NCBI GenBank assembly: GCA_963575745.1
Contig: CAUYUJ010000213.1
Span: 62,001-116,768, forward strand
Source of the DNA: Prorocentrum cordatum
Lineage: Eukaryota
DNA: 54,768 nt
Direction: 5' to 3'
Positions 25,817-38,280 of this stretch are shown piece by piece (positions within the stretch are counted from its first letter, which is position 1; each line of letters begins with the position of its first letter). The notes below the pieces were generated by a model that was not told the origin of the DNA, made no database searches, and saw nothing but the letters and a program-made list of their open reading frames with translations. Position numbers and translations under genes: made by a program.

Positions 25817-25944
25817 TGGCATCGCTCGGACGTGTGCATGTTTCCCTCGGCGAGGACCATCGAGGAGCATCCTTGATCATTTGGCGAACAAGCCACGCAC
25901 GAAGCCGAAAAAAACACAGGGAATGGACGTCCGAGCGATTGCCA
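25817..25944 (+). mobile_element. MITE-like family A copy 4
   Basis: Same ends and core. Confidence 0.75.
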
Positions 25945-28900
25945 GGGGGCTGAGGGGGTCGACCCGAAAAGTTGACCCAGAGCGGCAGCTTGGGCAGTGT
26001 CGCAGGAAGAGGGAGGGGAACGATGAATGTAGAGGGAAGATAGGACGGGGCTAGGATGAAGATAAACCCATTCCAGAGCGTTCCCGAACGCTCTCAGAGC
26101 GTTCCAGAACCGCGGCGAGAAGGCCGCGGCCCCCGGGAGCCCATCCTCCAAAGCTGCTTGAGCTGGGAGATTCTCTATCATGCATTTTCCTGCGAATTCA
26201 TCCTCGTTCGAACAAGAGTTGATCCTCGTCCTGTCTTCGTCTTAGAAGAGGAAGAAGGGATAGTACATGGCCTCCGGAGGAGGGACGGACGCCTCTGAGA
26301 GGGTGGAGGTGGATGGTTGCAGGAGGGGGGGCGCAAGTCGCACAGATGTCGAAGATGGAGTGTCCACTCGAGCGCGCGAGACGTCGGGGCTTGAAACCGA
26401 CGGCCCCATGGGAAGGTCCGGGGACTTGCTGGATCGCCCCCAATCAGTAGCGCGAGCGATATTCTGCAAACGCAACTTGCAATGCGGGCGGTGTGTTCAG
26501 TGTCTGACTTTGTACTGCGATTGTCTTTGATCGTAGTACGGGTTCTGCTTGAATTGCCGTCGGTCCACACACTTCCCCCCCCTCCTCCCCCTCCTTGCTC
26601 CCTCCAGAATCCACCCTCCTCGTCTGTCTTTTTCCCGTCCTCAGTGGGCATCGCAGTCAGAGCCCAAACGTCGTATCTTTTCGACTGGGCCTCCCCTGGG
26701 GCATTCCAGCGCGTAACTATGCTTCCACGTACGCTGCGCAGCAGAAGGCAGACGGCGACGCCGAACGTGAACCAATATGGGATTAGGGCGCCGCGTTCCC
26801 ACGTGCGCCCCAAATTCGCACCAGACTCCTTAAATCAAAATATTGGGGACCTCTTCGTGGACGAGGCTAGCCGTGGCCGGAGAAGCGGCTTCAGGACGTC
26901 TGCTGGCCCCATGTGCGTGAGCGTGCGTGCGTGCTCGCTGCCAGGGGCTGTCCTATGGCTTGGCCGCCCCGCGCGTCCCCTCGCGACCTCGCCGCGTGAG
27001 CGCGCCCTCCTCTCCCGCCTACCGTCTCCGCGGCCGCCCCTCGGCTGTTTTCCTCTTGCGTGCGGTCCAACTCGCATCACCGTAGCCCGAGTTGCCTGGA
27101 CGCGCGTGCGGGCCGGACCGCCTCTGCGGCGCTGCGACGTAAAAGTGAGTGCGTGTGCGGCCCTCAGCTCCACGGATCGATTCAGCTCCACCGATACAGT
27201 CGGGCTGCTGAAAGAAGGAACGCTAAAATGAGGAACGAAGCCCCTTTTTGGCCCTGTAAGCGCCTCCGTGCCCCAGGAGGGCAAGAGGAACAGCGCGGGG
27301 GGAACCTAAGGAACATCGAGCCCCTTCCGAAGCCAATGTGTTCCTTATTCCAGCGTCTTGATTGTAGAGCGCAGCATCTATGCGGCGCCTGCGTCGTATC
27401 GATGGGCTTCGGTGGTCAAGCACCCGACGGCGCTGGCACGCGTCCCGAGGATCATCGACGGAGGCTTGGAGTTGTTTCGAACGGGGCGCCGCAGTGCGGG
27501 GGGGACCGCGCCACCTGGAGGAGTCTCCTTGGATCCCAGGCGGTGGTGGGGGTTTGTGCCGACCTTCGTTGCCCCCGCCACGGGCGGGCGGATCCCCGCG
27601 CTCCCCGCGCCTAGGCTTCCCAAGTGGGGTCCGAGAGCGTGGGGTCGGAGGATCGCTCCGCATCGCCCATGCATTGGCGATGCGGCCCGATGCGGAGCCA
27701 GATTTTCTCCACGCTGGCGTCGCCGATCCATCGGCGACGTCGCCGACGCATCGCAGATCCATGGGCGATGCTTCGGCGATGCACCGGCGATGCGGCGCGG
27801 TTTTCTCGACGCCTTCTACAGCCACCCCGCATGGTAAAGATGAGCGACGTTTCGAGGTGACCCTTGCATCTTCCCCCTTCGGCCCATCCTTGGCCGCTTT
27901 CGCTGGCCGCGCCCCGTTCGCAAAGTGTCCACATGGTTGTCCGAGGCCCTCGCATCCGGATCGTGCGTCATCATTATACGGGTCGACTGCACCCGACCTC
28001 CAGCTGCGAGGCCTCTAAAATGCCAGTGGTTGTGCCGGTCGGTGTTGCCCCCCCCCGCCAATGGCGGGCGCATCTCCACGCCCTCCAGCGTCTTTCCCTG
28101 CGGCCTGCGAGCCGCAGCCCCCGACCCAGACCGAAAAGGGAACGCGCAAAAACCTCGGCTGGCCGCGCCTGGCCCGCCGTCGCGGGCGCGCGCGTGCAAG
28201 GCGAAGACTTCCCCCGCGGCAGACCCCGGCCGCCCCCGGCGCAGGAGCGGGGCGCGGAGGGCGCGGCCGGCGAGGGGCAGCTGGCCTGGCTGCTGGAGCC
28301 CGCGGCCTCGCCCGCGCGGTTTCTGCGGGAGGCCCCTTGGCCACCAGGGGGGGGGTGCCGAGGCCCGCTCGCGGCGTGAAGCAATCACGACGGGAGGTTT
28401 TTAGCTCCTCCTCGGCTTCCTCGCTCTCCTCCTCCTCCTCCTCCTCATCCTCATCCTCCCCCTCCTCCTCCTCCTTTTTGTCGGTCTGCGGGGGCCCTTA
28501 CTGGGCTTCTGTGCCGTCAAGCAACGACGCGCGACGGGAATCCGGCCCCGGGGAAGGGCCCCAGACCTCCGGGGGTCGACGTGGCGAAGAAACTCTGTCT
28601 TCGGGTATCTGGGACAGCTGCACATAAGCGGGAGATGCAGAAAATTCGTCGCCGCAGCAGAGCGCGCGGAGGCGAGGACACAGGGACGATCCATGGTGAA
28701 CGACGTAAGAAAACGGGACCGTCTCCATCGATATTGGTGCGCAAGCTGCCCTTGTAAGTTCGCGCGTAAGCGCACTCGTTTCCTTCCAATGGGCCGTGGC
28801 GCGCTGGCGGCCCGCGTAGGCCGCCGCGTAAGTTCGCTATGCCGTCTCTTGTAAGACCCTTTATTGTTGGCCGCTCAGGTGGGGTCCGAACAGATAGGGT

Positions 28901-29133
28901 TGGAGGATCGTGAAGTGTCGGCGATGCAGCTCGATGGAGCCCGTTTCTTTACTGCTTGGGGCATGACTGGCGTCATGGCCCCTGGCCCCCCCCTTATAAC
29001 GTAACGCTCCCCCCTCCGGTGCGCTCCGGGCACTGCCCCCAGTGCGCTCCGAGCACTGCCGCTGTGCGCATTGGGATCCGCGTTAGTGTCCGCGTAGAAA
29101 TCCGCATAGGAGTCTGGTCCGCAGTCGTCGTCT

Positions 29134-29173
<40 letters not shown>

Positions 29174-29351
29174 TCGTGGCTTGTCGCTCGTCGCTCAAAG
29201 TCGTCGTGCGAGCGGACGCGGCTGCAGCCTTTTTTTCATTCTGGGCCGATGACGACAATCATCCTAGGGGGGGGGATGGAGGGAATCGATGACGTGACGT
29301 TTCGCGCTGGCGGCGTTTGGGAATGCCCAGGAATTACGGAGCACGGGTAGC

Positions 29352-30405
29352 GCCAGCATGTAGGTGGCGATTTGCACCACAATGCTTGTGTGCACCACAG
29401 TGCCTGCGTGCACCACACAGCGCCTGTGTACACCACCGCCTATGTACACCACAGCAGCCGCGTGCAATACAGCGTCAGTTTGTGCCACCGTGCCTGCGGG
29501 CACAACAGCTCTTGTGCACACCACAGCGCTTGCGTTCACCACATCAGCCGTGTGCGACACAGCACCAGTATACACCACAATGCTTGCGTGCGTTGCAGTG
29601 CCTTTGTAATCCACGTCGCCTGTGTGCACCACAGCAACCGTGTGCAACACAGCACCATTGTTGTATATAGAATGTGAGAACGAATCCTTATGACAAAATG
29701 CAGGAACTATATAAAATAATCCTGATGGACAACGGAGCGCCGCTGGAATCGACGTGCCCTCCCGAGTCCGCCCGCATCACCGTAACTCCTCCCTTTGTGT
29801 CCAGGAGGTTCCAGCTAAATTGGCCGTCCAAGAACCACATGGACCAATTCAATAGACCATTCAGCGGTGCGCGCTGAGATGCGCACGTGCGCTGCAGCGC
29901 CAACCCGCACGACAGGGGGTAAGGAAGAGGAGGAAGAGGAGGAGGAGGTGGAGGAGGTGGAGGTGGAGGAGGAGGAGGAGGAGGGAGAAGGGAAGAACGT
30001 CGCATTCGATTATCAGCAATTTCCTGGCGTGGCGTCTAGTTGTCTGCATCAGATCCTCACGTACATGCTCCTTCTACGTGTCATATGCACGCAGGCGTTG
30101 TGGTGTACACCAGCGCTGCGTTGCACGCGGATGCTGTGGTGTAGGCACGCGCTGTGGCGTGCACAAGCGCTGCGGTGCATGCACGCATTGTGGTGTACTC
30201 AGGCGCTGTGTTGCACATGGTAGCTGCGGTCTGGAATTGTACGCCGGCGCTGTAGTGTACGCAAGCATTGTGGTGTACACAGGCGCTGCGGTGCACACGG
30301 TTGTTGCGGTGTACGCAGGCGCTGTGGTATACACTCGCGGTGTGGTGCACGCGAGCGTTGTGGTGTACACAGGCGCAGTGGGGCATATCGCTACCTACAT
30401 GCTGC
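29352..30405. repeat. Two oppositely oriented arrays of an ~18-bp GTGCACCACAGC-type unit
   Basis: 29352-29660 and 30085-30405 are reverse complements, including CAGCATGTAGGT.GCGAT / ATCGC.ACCTACATGCTG outer ends. Confidence 0.75.
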
Positions 30406-32267
30406 TCGCGTCGTCGACGTCGACGTCGTCGTCGTCATCGTCGTCGTCGTGGTCGTCGTCGTCGTCGTCGTCGCTCGTCGCTCGTCGCTCGTCGCGCGTG
30501 CGGGCGCGGCTGCGTTGCCAGAGCCACACGGCGGGGGGGGGGCGTTACGTCATAGCCCCCCTCGCCCCCCCCCCCCATGACGCCCGTCATCGCCGAACAT
30601 AAAGAAACGCGCTCATGTGGGGCCCCATGCGTCGCCGATCCATCGACGTCGTCGCCGATTTGGCGCCGATGCACCGCCGATGAATCGGCGATGCGGCGCG
30701 ATCCTTCGACTCCGTCTGCTCTTGCCCCATCCCAGGAGGCCTCTACCCTTTGGCCACCGTGGAGAGAACCCACGTCACCCGCGCGGGCGCGCGGATACTC
30801 GTGCCTCGTGCGTCGCGACCTGAGCCAGGGCATGAGCGCGGCGCGAGGGCGCGAGGGCGAGGAGATCATCGCGCGCTGCGCATCGTTGGGCGCGGCTCGC
30901 GAAGTTAGATGACCCATGGACCAGGTTCTGTCAGGAGAGGGAAAAACACAGACACAATGAATCGTCGATCCCCCAGAAAATATGGGAAAATATGGGAAGT
31001 GGGAGGGAAGACAAAACCCCAGAAAATATAGGAAAATATGGGGAATCATTTTATTTGTGTGTATTTATTTGTGTGTTCTGGGGCCCCTTCATCCTGGTGG
31101 ACATGGGCTCTGGCGCTCCTTTCCGTCGGCGCATCGGCTACACGTCGGAGTGACCTGTGGTGCGGGCCCGCTTGGGCCCCCGATTCCCGAGGGCGGTGCG
31201 ATGGCAGCGGCCGGCGCGCCTGGAGGCGTCCCCCACGGGCCCTGCTGCGGCCGCGCGCCAGAGACCACCCTTGCCTGGGGCCTCGGGCCACATCCTGCAC
31301 GCAGCCGAGGGAATCCGAGCATTTTCTCTGGGTGGAGGGCAAAGGGTGAGATCTGAAATGCCGCTTCGACGGATGTTCGAGGCTCGAACCTGCAAGAGGT
31401 GAAGGACAAGACGGATTGATTCTCGAGGTGCAAGAGCCCATATGGATTTCACCCTGAGCCCTCCACCCTAAGAAAATGCTCAGGGGATGCCCAGGCTCCG
31501 GGACGAGCAGGCGTCCAGGGCTCTGGTGCCGGCAGGACCCGTTCCAGCCCGCGTGGCGTCGAGCCGACTGCGCGTAAGAGTGGACCTTCGCCGGAGTGGC
31601 CCTCAGTGCGGGCTCGTCGGGGCTCGAGAGGCGGGGGGTCAATGCAACCTGGGGTCAGTCGGAGCGCAGGATCTCGCAGGATCCTGCAGAGCCAGGGGTG
31701 CACTGACTCGGATTCGGTGCAGGATCCTGCAGGAGACTGGCCCAGGTCTGGATTAACCTGGGTCGGTAGATCCCCGAGGGCTCATCGGGGTCCCGCCGAT
31801 CGCTGAGCGCGATGCGATAGCGGCTGCTTGCACGCTTGGATTTGGCCACCTTTGATCCGCGCACCAGAGGTGTCACCCTTTCCAATGGTCACTTTTGCGT
31901 GTATTCGAGTCCTTGTGGCGGTGGTCGTCGTCGGCCCTGAAAGAAGGTCGGGAGCGGCCAAGAGGATTAGATATTAAATCGCGGAAGGTTCCGCTCGTCC
32001 TGGATTGATTGCATGGCGCCCAATTGTGCTTAATAGCGTCAGATAGCGCCCGGATGTGCCGAATCAGCCTCCAAATAGCGCTCAAATAGAGCCACTAACG
32101 ACCACTAGAGCGCACAGTAGCGCCATGTGAGCGAGATATATTCTGTCAGTTTTGCGGGCTGTCGGGTGTCATGGGGATGCCTAACCGCTCTCGTGACTCA
32201 ATATCTGAAAGAGGGGGGGCTATTTAGGCTGGCGGATCTCATGAGCCATGCTGTCCACCCTGATTCT

Positions 32268-32431
32268 AGGCCTCCTAGATGGGGTCCGAGTAGATGGGGT
32301 TGGTGGATCGCGCCGCATCGCCGATGCATCGACGATGCGGCTCGATGTGGAGCCCGTGTTTCCCCACACCGGCGTCGCCGATGCGGCGCGATCCTTCGAC
32401 CCCATCTACTCGGACCCCATCTAGATGGCCT
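32268..32431. mobile_element. Palindromic MITE-like element (family C); diverged relatives at ~27610-27830 and ~30620-30750
   Basis: Perfect inverted TAGATGGGGTCCGAGTAGATGGGGT / ACCCCATCTACTCGGACCCCATCTA, extending imperfectly. Confidence 0.7.
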
Positions 32432-33338
32432 CTACTGATGGCGGGACGAGATCTCCCCAAATTTCATGGCTCTTGCTTCGCTGCGCCCTCGGGCCCCCTT
32501 GGTTGGGCTGCACACATGCCTCGGGCCATGCTTTGCGCCCCTCAAGGAGGAGGAGGAGGAGGAGGAGGAGGAGGAGGAGGAGGAGGAGGAGGAGGAGGAG
32601 AGGAGGAGGAGGAGGAGGAGGAGGAGGAGGAGGAGGAGGAGGAGGAGGAGGAGGAGGAGGAGGGAGAGCGAGTGGAGGAAAGAAGTGCCTGGGGCAAGCT
32701 GAGAATGTCTTGGAAAAACGAGGCCTGGGAGCGCGCCGCCCTGCACGTGCCCAGCTCCCCGGCGCGCCGCCGCTGGGCCGAGGCCCTCGCGGCTGGCTTG
32801 GGGGCACGGCGAGCGCCAGCACGGCCTGGGGAGGGGGAGGAGGAGGGGGAGGAGGAGGAGGGGGAAGAGGGGTAGGAGGGGAAGGAGGAGGAGGGGGAGG
32901 AGGGGTAGGAGGAGGAGGAGGAGGAGGAGGAGGAGGAGGAGGAGGAGGAGGAGGAGGAGGAGGAGGAGGAGGAGGAGAAGGCGTATCGGCTGAGGGCCGC
33001 CCCTAGGGATTGGGGGGCAGCCCTACCCGCCGTGGCCTCACGCGTGGCCCCCGGCCCGCGCGCGCCATAGCCCGTGGATCCCCGCGGCAGCGCTGCCTGC
33101 AGGCGGCGCAGCGCACCCGCGGCCCAGCCGCGGCCACCGCGGCCTCGCCGCGGTCACGCCGCCATTCAAGCGGCGGCATTGGCGGCGTTTTCGTTCACGA
33201 GAGCCCGCCAAGCACAGACGTGAAAGGAGAGCCCGCGGACAAGCGCGACTGCTCGTAAGGGCGGTAAGCGCTCGAGAGTTGCTCCTACGTCACCACAGCG
33301 CCCAGCAACCACGGCGCCAGACCGACTGTGCAGAAGAC

Positions 33339-35691
33339 ATGGCTGGTACCTGGCAGTGTGCGTGTGGGCGCCATGTATCAGAGCGGCACTGGACGTGCCG
33401 AAGTTGCAACGGGCACTACAACCAGAGAAGGCGACGCCCCGCATCGCGAGGGCGACCACCACAGCAGCAAGCAGCAAGTTCTGCCATTCCGAGGCGGGCT
33501 TCCCAGCCCGACCCCTTGGCGAAGAAGCTCATAACCAAGACGCTACCTCTCCCCAAGAGCGAGGCAGAAGCGCACAAGGTTTACGAGGTCTACGGCAAGC
33601 CTCCGACCGACCCAGCGGCGCAACGCCAGTACAAAGACGAGATCAAGAGCCGCACTTACGACGTAGCCAACCTCATTTGTGCGGCCAGGCGGGCAAACAA
33701 GCCCTGCGACGAGGAGCTAACCGAAGTTGCAGCGCTCAAGTTCCTGATGGGACTCACCGAGAAGCGCAAGGACCATATCCAGGCCCTCAAGGACAAGAAG
33801 GCCACTTACAAGGAGACACTTGGCAATATTCGGGAAAGCATCAAAGAGTTCAAACAGCAAGAAAAACAGGTAGAGGCGGAGATCGCCAAGTCCGACGTCT
33901 GCCTAGCCGAACTCGAGGATGCCCCAGACACGGAGGACGACGAGCCCGACGACGCTGCCCAGGACCACCTGACAGCGGACGGCCCAACCTCGCACAACGT
34001 GGCACCACCGCCACCCCCAGCAGCGCCTGGCACCCAAATGGCACAGATGCAGGCACAGCTTGCCGCGCATCAAAGCATGATCAGCCAGCTGTTGGGACTT
34101 GTCCAGCCAGCCGCGGGGGCTTGCATCCAGGGCGTCCCTGGAGTGCCCCCGCCCGTTGCGGGCGCGGTCCCTCCACCGCCCCCCAGCACATCTGATCCAG
34201 CATATGCAGACCATGGCGCCTGGCACCTTTCCCCCCCAGCAAGTGTTCAGCCAGCCCCAGCAAACCCAGCAGGCGCAGCAGGGCTCGCCGGTGAGGTCCA
34301 AGTCGGCGACAGGCCAAGCCTACATGGCGGCGAAAGGGAAAGGCAAGGACGGCAGTGCCGCGGGGTTTACCCCAGAGGGGGCGGTAGCCCCCATGGCAGT
34401 AGACCAGACGGGGGCCGCGCCTGCAGCGACGGGCCTTGCAGCGCCGTCCCCGATCGCGGCAGCGGCGCCACCGGCGCCACCGGCTACAGACACCAAGGCC
34501 CCACCAGCAGCGCCACTACAGATGGCGCCAGCCGCAGCCCAGCCGCCAGCAGCCCCGCTTGCAGCTGCCCCGCAACAGGCAGCCCAGCAGCCACCAGCCG
34601 CTCCACAGCAGGCAGCGATGGCAGCACAGCGGCAGCAGGCGGCCCAAGCTGCGCACCGGCAGCAGCAGGCGGTACCAGCGGCAGCCAGGTCGGCCGCGGC
34701 CGCGACGCCCGCACCCGAGGCGGCGAGGGCCCAGGCTCCAGCCGGGGGCCAGCCCCCAGCCCAGGGACCGGGGCAGCCGCCAGCCCTACTCCCTGGATGG
34801 CCAGGCCCCCGCCAAGCCCAGCGCGAGCTGACGCACGCCACAGCGGCAGCAGAGGCCGCCGGGATGGACCATGCGACGCCACACAACATGGCCCCAGCGA
34901 TGGCCACGCTGGACGAGTACATGAGATACCTGCCAGAGATGGGGATCTGCACGGACCCAGTGAAGATCAGGGAGCTGCATGCCCAATTGGAGGCAGCAAG
35001 GCGGACGGGACCGAGCCAGGGGGCGATCACTGTGCAGTCGTCCCCGACCCAGGCGATCGCACCGACCCCGCATGCAGACTCGCAATCAGCCCTAAGCCCA
35101 CAGCTGCAGGGGTTGGACCGAGTTGTGCAGGCCGCCACGGCCGCATTTTTCCAGAGGCAGCGCGAGCTCCAGGAGCAGGCGGAGGCAGCCAGAAGACCAT
35201 GCCCTACCTCTCCGCCCAGAGCCCCCCCGCACCACAGCTCGCCTACCGAGCAGCCCGTGCCAACAGCAGTGCCGAGTCCCATCTTGCCACCAGGGCAGGC
35301 AGCCCAAGGGCAGCCACCAGCGCTACCATCTCCCACGGAGATCACAGTCCCCAGCCAGCTGGGCTCACCGTCGGAACCTACGCTGGTACGCAGCCCAGCC
35401 TTTGCCACGGCAGCGGGGTGCTCACCCACGGCGCCCTTCCTCCCGGAAGCCCACGCGCCGGGATTCCTTTCCGCTCCGACTCAGCTAGCATCGCAGACCC
35501 AACCAGAGACCCAGGTTGCAGCAGATGCGCCCCCAGGACCAACAACGCCCGATCGCCAGCAGCCAGCGGCCCTCAGCCCCACATCGCCAGCCGACCCAGC
35601 GTACGGCCAGAACGCTCACGACTGGGGGCCGCTGGGGCAGCCACCAAGGAAGTCGGCGTGCGCCCCAGGCACCATGAAGGACGACATCTGA
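33339..35691 (+). pseudogene. Retroelement ORF1/gag-like gene: N-terminal RanBP2-like zinc finger, coiled coil, Q/A/P-rich tail; one frameshift near 34185
   Basis: MAGTWQCACGRHVSERHWTCRSCNGH, then a K/E-rich helix. Protein-like sequence switches to the 34099-35691 frame at a C-run. Intronless; the region ends at the transposon TIR. Confidence 0.55.
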
Positions 35692-35833
35692 CCTTCCGCC
35701 CATCAGTCTCGTGGGGGCGCACCTTCTTCTGCTCGTACGCCCAGCCGGCATACGACGATGAAGAAGGATATCAACACCTACTCCATCATCAGACTGAGCA
35801 GAGTGAGCCACCTGCCGCGATTTTTGAGGGGTT

Positions 35834-35886
35834 CCCTGAGGGTCTTTGGGCTTAGATTTTTGAGCCCCACGTTTTGGGCTTATCTT
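35834..35886 (+). repeat. Left terminal inverted repeat
   Basis: Exact reverse complement of 45016-45068; TGGGCTTA motif occurs twice within it and once just inside. Confidence 0.95.
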
Positions 35887-36154
35887 GTGTTGGGCTTAAA
35901 TTTGAAATATACGCCCAAAACAGCACTTCGCGAACGGGCGACAGTCAACGGAACATATATGTTCCGTTGCGACATCCGTCCACATATGGACGGATATCTC
36001 AATCTGAGGTCGTTGCCCACGCGATATCGCGGGGGCAACGACCGCGCATGAAATTGCCGCGCATGAAATTGCCGCGCGCGAGCGGGGCAATTGGCAGTGG
36101 GCGGATGCGAAATCGTAAATGAAAAATAAAGAATGTAAAGAAAAATAAAAAAAA

Positions 36155-36231
<77 letters not shown>

Positions 36232-36237
36232 AAAAAA

Positions 36238-36284
<47 letters not shown>

Positions 36285-36300
36285 AAGAAGTAAATAAAAC

Positions 36301-36331
<31 letters not shown>

Positions 36332-37009
36332 AAGAAAAACATGAAATATAAACGCGCGAAATTGCGGGGCAAATTGGCAGTGGGCGGATGCGAAATCGTA
36401 AATGTGAAACACACGCGCCGAAATTGTTGAGATCTTTTTGGGGGTATACCGAACTTGTTCGAGTTTCTGGGTTGCTGCAGCCTGAACCAAAATGGTTCGA
36501 GTCCATTGCGCAACGTGGGGTCGCGCGAATCGCGGCGCTAGGTAACGCCAGCAAGAGTATCACGTAGTGCGTAGTTCTACTTCGGGACACTTGCGCAAGG
36601 CGGAACAAATGCGCAACAGAGCCTACCGTAGTCATCCGCGGGCTCGTAAGCTTGGCGAGCGAGCGACACAGACACACCACAGCACCACACAGACGCAACA
36701 CCAGGAGGAGAGAGAGGAGGAGCACCATCATAGTGGGCAAACAATTGAACGACCCGCAGCCCGAGCTTTGGCGGGCACAAGTCGCGGGAAAATAACCGTG
36801 CCGTTTTGGGGCGCGGAAGGAAAACGGCACGGTTTTTTTGTTTGGTTTTTCCACGCGGAATGGCCCTCCAGGCCCCCCTGGGCGAGGCCCCGCGGACCGT
36901 GGGAAAACGGCTGGCAAGACCGAATCAGAAGAGGAAAAGAAGAAGGGAGGAAGAGGGCGGGCGCAGAAAAGGCTGGAACCGTGGCGGTTGCAGACCGCGC
37001 GGCCTTCCT

Positions 37010-37295
37010 GATGGTTGTAGTGTGTTGGTGGCAATGCTTGTGGTAGTGGTAGTGACAGTTGTGATGGTTGTAGTGGTGGTGCTCGTTCTTGTAGTGCAGT
37101 GGTAGTGATAGTGACAGTTGTGATGGTTGTAGTGTGTTGGTGGCAATGCTTGTGGTAGTGGTAGTGACAGTTGTGATGGTTGTAGTGTGTTGGTGGCAAT
37201 GCTTGTGGTAGTGGTAGTGACAGTTGTGACGTTTGTAGTGGTGGTGCTCGTACTTGTAGTGTAGTGGTAGTTGTAATGTGTTGTAGTGTGTTGGT
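37010..37295. repeat. ~54-bp GTAGTG-rich tandem repeat inside the transposon
   Basis: GTAGTGTGTTGGTGGCAATGCTTGTGGTAGTGGTAGTGACAGTTGTGA x3 plus variants. Confidence 0.85.
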
Positions 37296-37880
37296 AGATG
37301 CACTCGAATTGTTCACGCTTCGCGAATCCCCACCAGCCCATCCTAAAACAGCCACTTTAGCAAAGAGTACCGACTGTCGGGATTTGTTTGTTCAATGATG
37401 CCCAGAGGAGTTGCTTTGATTCGATCAGGGAAGTGTGGGAGCATACAGAGAAACGAAGGACAGGGGATGCCGCCATATCCCAAGAGGGGAGGATGGAGGA
37501 GGAATCGGAGGAGGAGGTGGGGGAGGGGAGGAGGGAGGAGGAAGAGGGGGGGGGCGGACGAGGAGGGGAGGACGAGCAGAAGGGCCAGAGGCCTCTTGGA
37601 TGCATCGCGGAGTCTCTTGGGATGTCTTTGGGGAGCCTCTTGGAGGCCTTTTGGGGCGTCTTGGGGGCCTCTTGGCGGCCCCAGGGGCTTCTAGGAGCGT
37701 CTTGGGTGCCTTGGGAGAGCCTCTTCGGGCCTCTTGGGAGCTTTTTGGAGGCCGTTTGGGGCGTCTCGACAGCGGGCCTGCTCGGAAATCCCATCATGGG
37801 GGTCAGCACGAACACCTGGACCACGAGGACCCCCGTCCGCACACGGGAGATCGTGATGATGATGATGATCGTGATGATCG

Positions 37881-37927
<47 letters not shown>

Positions 37928-37964
37928 GTGGTGGTGATGAAGATGAGCATGCATGATTTCCTTT

Positions 37965-38247
37965 TTATTGCTCTAGCATTCGTTTGCGTTTGCGTGAAGA
38001 TGCGCACTTCGACCACGTTTGGAGCACGCGTCGGGCCCAGACCAAGCGGTGAGCCCGCTGGGCCACTGGCACGAGCTCTCCATTCAAGGATTCGTCCTCC
38101 CAACACGCGTAGCGCCCAGGCCCGCCGTGCCACAGCAAACGAGCACCCAGCTCCAGAAACATATGGTGTTTGAACTTGGGGTCGATGCCAATACGGGGCA
38201 GGCACCGCACGTGAGCCTTGGCATGGTCCATGAACGCCTGGTGATCC

Positions 38248-38280
<33 letters not shown>

